NCBI GenBank assembly: GCA_963711565.1 | Contig: CAVQEQ010000001.1 | Span: forward strand, 736,001 to 800,000 | From: an uncultured delta proteobacterium | GTDB lineage: Bacteria > Desulfobacterota > Binatia > Binatales > Binataceae | DNA length: 64,000 nt | Direction of reading: 5' to 3' | In this document: piece by piece, positions 57,073-64,000 of the stretch | Layout: each line of letters starts with the position of its first letter | Position numbering within the stretch: the stretch's first letter is position 1 | The notes under the pieces: generated by a model | What the model was told of the DNA's origin: nothing | Databases searched by the model: none | What the model saw: the letters and a program-made list of their open reading frames with translations, nothing else | Position numbers and translations under genes: made by a program

Positions 57073-60000
57073 TTAGCTTTCTGTAGCTGGCGTGTGTTTG
57101 CGAAGCTCTCGTTCTTTCATGATCGCAAAGAACACTGGCACCAGTATGAGAACGTGAATCGTCGAGGTGATCATGCCACCTACTATTGGCGCCGCGATTG
57201 GCTTCATCACGTCGGAGCCGATGCCGCTCTCCCATAGAATTGGCGCGAGGCTGAGCATCACGACAGCGACCGTCATCAGCTTCGGTCGAAGCCGTTGCAC
57301 TGCACCCTCGATGACCGCTGCCTCGACGCCTTCATGCGTGAGCTCGCCGGCGGCGATGTGACGATTCAGAGCTTCGTGAAGATAGATCACCATGACGACG
57401 CCGGTCTCCACTGCGATCCCGAAGAGCGCGATGTATCCAACCCACACGGCGACGCTGAAGTTGAAGCCCATCATGTACTGAAGCAGGAGGCCGCCGGTCA
57501 TCGCATACACAGTCGGAAGGATCAGCACGATCGACTCGGTCACCGACTGGAAGAGCATGTAGAGCAAGACGAAGATCAGAAGGAAAACGATCGGCAGGAT
57601 GACCGTCAGGCGCTTTCGCGCGCGCAACTGGAACTCGTACTCTCCCGACCATTTCAGCGTGTAACCAGCTGCCAGATGCAGCTGTTGATCGAGAACGCGC
57701 TGCGCGTTGTCAACGTAGCTGCCGTAGTCCGAAGTCGAGAGGTCAACATAGACGTAGCCGGTCAGCAGCCCGTCTTCGTCGCGTATCATTGAAGGACCTG
57801 GACTCAAGGTGATGCGCGCGACTTCGCCGAGCGGAATCTGTGCTCCGGTCGGAGTCATGATCAGTATTCGACGAAGCGCGTTCAGGTCGTTCCGGTAATC
57901 CGCCAGATAACGAACGTTGATCGAGTAGCGCTCGCGTCCTTCGACGGTAGTCGCGATATTCTCACCGCCCATGCCCGAGCTGACGGCGCGTTGAACGTCC
58001 CCGACCGTGAGGCCATACCTAGCGGCGACTGCGCGGTCGACATCAACGTTGATGTAAAAGCCTTGAGAGACTCGTTCGGCGAAAATCCCTCTCGTGCCCG
58101 GTACGGAACCGAGTATCTCTTCGATCTGAGAGCCAATCTGCTGAATCCGATCGACGTCGGGACCCTGAATCTTGAGTCCTACCGGAGTCTTTATTCCGGT
58201 CAGCTCCATGTCGAGCCGATTCTCGACCGGCATCGTCCAGGAGTTCGACAGACCGGGAAAGTGCAGGCGGGCGTCCATTTCCGCGATCAGGGAATCGTAG
58301 GTCACGCCCTTTCGCCATTGGTCGCGAGGCTTGAGCATGATCGTCGTGTCGTACATGTCGAGCGGTGCGTTGTCGGTTGCGCTGTCTGACCGTCCAACAC
58401 TGCCGAACACACTCTCGACCTCCGGAAACGTGCGGATGATCTGATCCTGCTTCTGCATCAGATCGACCGCCGACGAGATGGAAATTCCGGGGAGAGCAGT
58501 CGGCATGTAAAGACTCGACCCCTCATATAGAGGTGGCATGAACTGGCTGCCGATCTTGAACAACAGCGGAATCGTGAGCAGCAGGAAAATCAGGTTGGCC
58601 ACGATCGTCAGAGCACGATGGCGCAGGCACCATCGAATCACTGGCAAATAAATCGCCTGGAAGAAGCGCGAGATCGGGTTGTCTTCCTCGGGCCGCAGAC
58701 GTTTGCCGCGAATGAACAGCACCATCAGCACCGGAACCACCGTGATCGCAAGAACTGAGGAGAAGGCAATCGCGAACGACTTGGTGTAAGCCAGCGGCCG
58801 GAACATTCGCCCTTCCTGCGATTCGAGCAGGAACACCGGCATGAACGAGACGACAATAATAATCAGCGAGAAGAAGATCGGCCTACCGACCTGTTTCGCG
58901 GCCGACAACAGGATTCGCTGCCGTTCAGGTTCGGAAACTGACTCGCCGCTCAGCGACGCCTGGTGCTGCGCCTCCGACAGGTGCCGGTACCCGTTCTCGA
59001 CCATTACGATCGAAGCGTCGACGAGCACACCTATTGCCAGCGCCAACCCGCCCAGCGACATGATGTTCGAGCTGATCTGCAGATAGTACATCGGGATAAA
59101 AGTCGCGATTACCGCAATCGGCAGAGCAAGAATCGGGATGAACGCCGAACGCAGGTGAAAGAGGAAAATGATGATGACGAGGCTGACGATGATCGCTTCT
59201 TCGATCAGATCTCGTTTCAGGGTATTGATGGATGCCTGGATGAGTCCCGATCGATCGTAGCCGGCGACGATTTCGACACCGCGCGGAAGCGTCTTTTGAA
59301 TCTGAGCGAGTTGATGTTTGACGCCGTCGATGACGGTGAGGGCATTCTGACCGTAGCGCATCACGACAATGCCGCCGACCGTTTCCCCGTCACCGTTCCA
59401 TTCAGCGGCGCCTTCTCGAAGATCGGGTCCAAGGCTGACCACGCCCAAGTCCCTTATCAGCACCGGCGTGCCGTTGTTGGTAGCGACGGAGATTTGTTCG
59501 AGGTCTGACACCGAATGGACATAGCCCAGGCCGCGGATCATGTAGTCAGCGCCCGACATCTCGAGCACGCGCCCGCCGACCTCGCCGTTGCTGTCGCGGA
59601 TTTTGTCGATCACCGTTTCGAGCGGGACTTTGAGCGCCAGCAACCGATTTGGATCGAGCTTGACCTGGTACTGCTTTACGAAGCCGCCGATGCTGGCGAC
59701 CTCCGAAACGCCGGGCACGGTCTCGAGCGCATAGCGGACATTCCAGTCCTGCAAGCTGCGGAGATCGGCGAGACTGTGAGTATGACTCTTGTCGACGAGC
59801 GCATATTCGTACACCCAGCCCGCGCCGGTCGCATCGGGGCCGATCATTGGATTCACGCCGGCCGGAAGCTTGCCTGTAATTTGCTCCAGGTATTCCAGCA
59901 CGCGACTGCGGGCCCAGTAGATGTCGGTGCCATCTTCGAACACAACGAACACATACGAATCGTTGGGCATCGTCTGCGCGCGGACGGCCTTCACGTGCGG

Positions 60001-60228
60001 AGCCGCAAGCATCGCGGTCACAATGGGATAGGTCACCTGGTCCTCGATCAGATTGGGCGGCTGTCCCATCCATTCGGTATGGATGATCACCTGGACGTCG
60101 GAGATATCAGGCAGCGCGTCGAGTGGGATTCGATCGAACGACCAGACGCCGGCGAGTACGAGAGCCAGCACGCCGAAGAACAGGATGAAGCGGTTCGCGT
60201 TACACCAGTCGATAGCTCTTTCGATCAT
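57073..60228 (-). CDS. cusA: CusA/CzcA heavy-metal efflux RND permease
   Basis: LDALPDISDVQVII, IEDQVTYP, GVLVDASIVMVEN, RLRPKLMT; Met residues of Cu/Ag type (FMP, DM.DT, DMEL). Confidence 0.95.
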   Translation of the reverse strand: MIERAIDWCNANRFILFFGVLALVLAGVWSFDRIPLDALPDISDVQVIIHTEWMGQPPNLIEDQVTYPIVTAMLAAPHVKAVRAQTMPNDSYVFVVFEDGTDIYWARSRVLEYLEQITGKLPAGVNPMIGPDATGAGWVYEYALVDKSHTHSLADLRSLQDWNVRYALETVPGVSEVASIGGFVKQYQVKLDPNRLLALKVPLETVIDKIRDSNGEVGGRVLEMSGADYMIRGLGYVHSVSDLEQISVATNNGTPVLIRDLGVVSLGPDLREGAAEWNGDGETVGGIVVMRYGQNALTVIDGVKHQLAQIQKTLPRGVEIVAGYDRSGLIQASINTLKRDLIEEAIIVSLVIIIFLFHLRSAFIPILALPIAVIATFIPMYYLQISSNIMSLGGLALAIGVLVDASIVMVENGYRHLSEAQHQASLSGESVSEPERQRILLSAAKQVGRPIFFSLIIIVVSFMPVFLLESQEGRMFRPLAYTKSFAIAFSSVLAITVVPVLMVLFIRGKRLRPEEDNPISRFFQAIYLPVIRWCLRHRALTIVANLIFLLLTIPLLFKIGSQFMPPLYEGSSLYMPTALPGISISSAVDLMQKQDQIIRTFPEVESVFGSVGRSDSATDNAPLDMYDTTIMLKPRDQWRKGVTYDSLIAEMDARLHFPGLSNSWTMPVENRLDMELTGIKTPVGLKIQGPDVDRIQQIGSQIEEILGSVPGTRGIFAERVSQGFYINVDVDRAVAARYGLTVGDVQRAVSSGMGGENIATTVEGRERYSINVRYLADYRNDLNALRRILIMTPTGAQIPLGEVARITLSPGPSMIRDEDGLLTGYVYVDLSTSDYGSYVDNAQRVLDQQLHLAAGYTLKWSGEYEFQLRARKRLTVILPIVFLLIFVLLYMLFQSVTESIVLILPTVYAMTGGLLLQYMMGFNFSVAVWVGYIALFGIAVETGVVMVIYLHEALNRHIAAGELTHEGVEAAVIEGAVQRLRPKLMTVAVVMLSLAPILWESGIGSDVMKPIAAPIVGGMITSTIHVLILVPVFFAIMKERELRKHTPATES

Positions 60229-60237
60229 GATCGTTCC

Positions 60238-61713
60238 TCACATCGCCATCGAGCCGCTGGCTGACACTTCCACCTGCTTCGTCGCGATAGTATCGCCGCC
60301 CTTCGACGCGGTGATCGTCAGGCTCCACGTGCCACCGCTGGGTAGTTCGATGTCCGCGGTGTATGTGCCGTTGCGCTGATTAACCGCGGCGCCTTGCGCA
60401 CGCATCGCCGCCATTCCCATCGCCGGCATCGCTGCCATGTAGAAGGAGACCGTCACTTGCGCCCCTGAGATCGGCGCGCCTTTGGAGTCGCGGAGCGTCA
60501 CGACCACTTTGTTGTGACCTCGCGCGAGAGGATTGAGGTCGCTCGTGAAATCGATGCTTGCCTGGGGAACAGCCTCCGCTGCTTGTCCAAGTGCATTGGC
60601 GCCGACACCCGGCGGAGGCGGTACAAACGCTCCCGCGGCGGCTTGGAGCTGGCTTTCCGAATCGATCAAGAAGTTGGCCGAGCTCACGATCTGCTGACCC
60701 GGCGCAAGTCCCTTGAGCACAATGAATTCGTCACCGACGTGCTGCCCCAATTCGATCTCGGCGGGAGTCAGATACCCATCTCCGCGATTGATGAAAGCCA
60801 CGTTGTGCCTGCCCGTGCGCAAGACGGCGGTGTCGGGAATCACAGTTTGCTCGCCCATCGGGAGGTCGAGCGCGACATGCGCGAACATTCCCGGAAGAAG
60901 CTGGCCTTTGGGGTTGTTGAACTCGCATCGGACCTTGACGGTGCGAGTCATCGGATCGATCTGCGGTTGGATGAAATCGACGCGGCCATCGAAATTCGTT
61001 CCCGGATAGGCGTCGACGGTGACCGTTGCAGGATCGTCGGGATGGACCTTGCCGATTTCGTCCTGAAAAACGGCGGCGTAGATCCACACTTTCGACAGAT
61101 CTGTGATCGTGAACAGTCGGGTATCTGGCTGCACGTACATGTTGGGCAGCGCATTGCGCTCGACGACGTATCCGCTCATGGGCGAGTCGATCTCGACGGC
61201 GTGGCGGACAGTGCGCTCGCGTTCCAACCGTGCGATCTCGCGCGGCGACACTCCCCAGAGCTTGAGACGTTCCGCGGCAGAGTCGACCAACGATGATGCG
61301 TCGGTGGTCACGTCGCCAACCGGGCTGTCGCTCACACGCTTGCGGGCATCCAGGGCGAGCAGATATTCGTTCTCGGTGCTCACCAGGTCCGGGCTGTAAA
61401 TCGTAAACAACGGCTGGCCTCGGTGTACGTATTGATAGGTCGAATTCGCGAACACCTGCTCGATCCATCCGGCAAAACGCGTCTGCACGTAGCCCTGGAG
61501 ACGTTCGTCAGCTTCGATGTTCCCGGTGGTCTCCAGACGATCGCTCACGTCCTTTCGCATGACGGTAGCGAATTTGAGTCCGATCAATTGCCGACGCTCA
61601 GGCGTGATCCGGATTGGCGCGAGCTGGGAATCGGCTCCGTGCGCTATTGGCGCGGCAAGAGTTAGGACGAGTGCCAGCATGCAAAGTCGCCAACTTAGAG
61701 AGTTGCAATTCAT
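60238..61713 (-). CDS. cusB: CusB-type RND periplasmic adaptor with C-terminal YtkA/FixH-like domain
   Basis: IYSPDLVS, LLPGMFA, ANFLIDSES; C-terminal MAAMPAMGM...GTYTA. Confidence 0.92.
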   Translation of the reverse strand: MNCNSLSWRLCMLALVLTLAAPIAHGADSQLAPIRITPERRQLIGLKFATVMRKDVSDRLETTGNIEADERLQGYVQTRFAGWIEQVFANSTYQYVHRGQPLFTIYSPDLVSTENEYLLALDARKRVSDSPVGDVTTDASSLVDSAAERLKLWGVSPREIARLERERTVRHAVEIDSPMSGYVVERNALPNMYVQPDTRLFTITDLSKVWIYAAVFQDEIGKVHPDDPATVTVDAYPGTNFDGRVDFIQPQIDPMTRTVKVRCEFNNPKGQLLPGMFAHVALDLPMGEQTVIPDTAVLRTGRHNVAFINRGDGYLTPAEIELGQHVGDEFIVLKGLAPGQQIVSSANFLIDSESQLQAAAGAFVPPPPGVGANALGQAAEAVPQASIDFTSDLNPLARGHNKVVVTLRDSKGAPISGAQVTVSFYMAAMPAMGMAAMRAQGAAVNQRNGTYTADIELPSGGTWSLTITASKGGDTIATKQVEVSASGSMAM

Positions 61714-63095
61714 CTTCGGTCACCGATTACTTGCTGAAGTTTTGCGATCGCGATCTCGTGGTCGGCGAGACTGCGGTAGTACTCTTGCCGAAGGTTCTGT
61801 AAATCGAGAACCGACGAGAGCAGCGTCTGGAAATCGACCTTGCCGACTCGATACGCAGCCATCGCCGAGGCCTGCGAAGATTCGGCCTGCGGAATCAGAC
61901 CGTCGCGATAGATCGACATGATCCGTTCCGCAGTGCGCATCGCAACCAAGCTGCTTTCCGCATCGGAGGAGACTTGCAGTTGAGTAGCCTGGGTCTGCTC
62001 GCGCGCGGACTCGGCTTCAAGCGCGGCCTGCTCAATCGCGGGTGTTTGCTTGCGCCAGAAATAGAGCGGAACCTTCGCGCCCAGATTCAGCATGTAATAG
62101 TCGCGGAATCCGGAGCCGGTCTTTTCGTACGAATAACCGACGGTGAAGTCCGGCCAGTATCCCTGATGCGCAAGCTTCAACGCTTCCGCGCTGCGCGCTT
62201 CCATCGCGCGATCCGCTGCGAGGTCGGGTGAACCGCTGCCTGCTAGCTCGGCAAGCTGAGATGAATCGAGTTGCAGGTGAGTCACTTCGATGTCGGCGAT
62301 TTCGATATTTCGCGAGTCTGGGTCGCGACCGAGTAGCTGCTTGAGTTCGAGTTGCTCCTGATCCTCCTCTTGATGGTGCATCGCGTGCTCCTTCAGGATC
62401 TCGGTGGTCTGAAGCTGAGCCTTGATCAGGTCCTGCTGCAGACCCTGACCCACGCGATACCTCGTTTCGGCGATCTGTTGGATCTGCTGGAGCTCGTCCT
62501 GATTGCGATCGAGAATGGTCAGTGTCTCTCGGTGATAGAACAGCTCGAAGTAGATCTCCTTGACCTTTTCCTCGACCTCGCGCTCCGCAGCTTCGTAGCG
62601 ATGCTTGGCGAACTCGGCGTCCTTTTCCGCCTCGGACCGCTGCAGACGAAGTTTGCCGGGACCCGGAACATCCTGCGAGACGCCGAAGCCGGTGTAATAG
62701 AAGTCGCTGCTCTCATAGCCCGAGAACGGTTGCGGACTTCCGACCGTGAAATGCTGCAGCGAGACCTCCGGATCGGGCAGCGTCGCGGCCTGGATCGGCA
62801 CTTTCGTCTGAGCCTGCCAGTGGCTCCGTGCCGAAAGCACGACCGGGCTATGGGAAAGAGCCTCATCTACCAGCGCTCTCAGTTGATCCGAACTGGCGGG
62901 TGTTTCAATTGCCTGAGCGCCAATATCCCGTGCGTTTCCTGATAGCGGAATCCCGGCCAGAATAGTGCCCGCGATCACAATTGCGATTACGTTTCGCGCC
63001 GCGATGCGGCGAATGCTTGCTGATGGCTTCACAAACTCTAACCTTCCAGCCGCGATTGATCGCAGCGCGGCTGCGTCTGCGCGGGTTGAGGACAT
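61710..63095 (-). CDS. TolC family outer membrane efflux protein (start uncertain)
   Basis: LPDP, PGPGKL, YWPDF, AYRVGKVDF; first gene of the RND operon. Confidence 0.9.
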   Translation of the reverse strand: MSSTRADAAALRSIAAGRLEFVKPSASIRRIAARNVIAIVIAGTILAGIPLSGNARDIGAQAIETPASSDQLRALVDEALSHSPVVLSARSHWQAQTKVPIQAATLPDPEVSLQHFTVGSPQPFSGYESSDFYYTGFGVSQDVPGPGKLRLQRSEAEKDAEFAKHRYEAAEREVEEKVKEIYFELFYHRETLTILDRNQDELQQIQQIAETRYRVGQGLQQDLIKAQLQTTEILKEHAMHHQEEDQEQLELKQLLGRDPDSRNIEIADIEVTHLQLDSSQLAELAGSGSPDLAADRAMEARSAEALKLAHQGYWPDFTVGYSYEKTGSGFRDYYMLNLGAKVPLYFWRKQTPAIEQAALEAESAREQTQATQLQVSSDAESSLVAMRTAERIMSIYRDGLIPQAESSQASAMAAYRVGKVDFQTLLSSVLDLQNLRQEYYRSLADHEIAIAKLQQVIGDRR

Positions 63096-63212
63096 TCGTC
63101 TTTTTCCGCCGATCGTATCGGTGGATTTCTTTTCGGATTGTCGCGAGCGGCGCGCGAGCGCCTACGACGGATGCTAGGCATCCGCGCTTCAACTCACACG
63201 CTTAGGAACGGC

Positions 63213-63542
63213 TCAGATTTGACGGGAACAGAGAACTGCTAACGAAGCGAGGCGGTCGGGCGGCGAGTACCCGCGAGCGACGATGGTGTTATGCAAGTGC
63301 GAAATCGCGACTGTCACCGCGGCTACGGGCATACTCCCGATCGAATCGAAATGTTGCGCATCTCGCGCTTGATTGATCGCTCGATCCGGCGCAACCGGCT
63401 TTGCGCAGCAGCTCAAATTCATCGGAGGGTTGCTCGAACAATTCGGGCCGCAACACGCCGTCATGGAGCACGCCATCGCGGAAGGAGTGTTCAAGCTAAT
63501 CGGGAGTAGGAGAGCGAAGATGAATATGGCGAGGAAGCGCAC
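63213..63542 (-). CDS. small Cys-rich secreted protein preceding the cus operon
   Basis: Signal peptide, CSMTACCGPNC...CC, C-terminal SPPD...LC. Confidence 0.6.
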   Translation of the reverse strand: MRFLAIFIFALLLPISLNTPSAMACSMTACCGPNCSSNPPMNLSCCAKPVAPDRAINQARDAQHFDSIGSMPVAAVTVAISHLHNTIVARGYSPPDRLASLAVLCSRQI

Positions 63543-63689
63543 GACGCATACCCTAGCCCGACTGCACCGAACGGGCAATGACGCGAAATGATTCGAAAAG
63601 ACATTTCTCCGCACTATATTGCCAGGCGCATATCGTTCCCTAGAGAGCAATTTGTGCGGGACCAGATAGGGCCGAGCTTTTGCAGGCGA

Positions 63690-63885
63690 CGAACGGAATC
63701 AATCTGCGGATTTCCAGTGCCAGTAGGCGCGGAACAGACGTCGGTGCCAGCGGATCACGGTCTCCGGCTGGACGATGATGATCGCCCTTTAGCAGCGACG
63801 GATGCAGTCGATGCAGCCATACCATCAGCAAGCGATCGATGTTCAACAGTCTCACCCCCCGTCGGGGACTTGCGTCGCGGAGCTA
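63690..63885 (-). pseudogene. integrase/transposase N-terminal remnant
   Basis: DRLLMVWLHRL and IVQPETVIRWHR in broken frames. Confidence 0.7.
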
Positions 63886-64000
63886 CTGCTGCTTGCTATC
63901 CGGTCGCGGCTCACCGGGCGAGCGCGGCTTCTCTTCAATAGGGTTATTCATTCGGCCATCTAAGTCGTCAAGGAGCGCCTTCGCGTTTTTCAGGTCGGCG
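63883..64000 (-). CDS. C-terminus of a gene running off the right edge (cyclase/ATPase-TPR type)
   Basis: ADLKNAKALLDDL resembles the usual tail of those proteins. Confidence 0.5.
   Translation of the reverse strand, partial: ADLKNAKALLDDLDGRMNNPIEEKPRSPGEPRPDSKQQ

Noticed and set aside
1-64000. tRNA, rRNA, riboswitch or CRISPR array
   Set aside because: None recognised by eye; an Infernal/Rfam scan would be needed to exclude small ncRNAs.

Overview
This is a GC-rich bacterial chromosomal window; the gene repertoire suggests a soil organism such as Candidatus Binatota (inference only). It has five blocks. (1) 0.1-11.5 kb: a general-stress/desiccation-type island (DUF1328, DUF883/YqjE-like, DUF6496, DUF3309, CsbD, BON proteins, two hybrid histidine kinases) in which nearly every transcription unit has a sigma54 (-24/-12) promoter. 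(2) 11.6-20.2 kb: lipid/aromatic catabolic genes with a TetR and its tandem operator. (3) 20.2-23.4 kb: a complete IS1595-family transporter IS (25-bp TIRs, 8-bp TSD) carrying a Panacea/DUF4065-like gene, a broken proteasome-beta-like protease and a membrane protein. (4) 24.9-38.6 kb: a sulfur-starvation cluster (ssuE/ssuD/TauD-like, DUF1329, a cNMP-domain Family 2B encapsulin with cysteine desulfurase cargo, cysE, cysK, CmcJ-like, Rrf2) with one 27-bp palindromic motif in five upstream regions. (5) 38.7-64 kb: further catabolic genes, then a pseudogene/IS graveyard (intact IS21 with 6-bp TSD; IS3, IS110, IS21 and integrase remnants), a cytochrome c-cytochrome P460 fusion and a CusCBA-type efflux operon. 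No rRNA, tRNA or CRISPR array was seen. Family assignments come from motif recognition by eye, not database searches.
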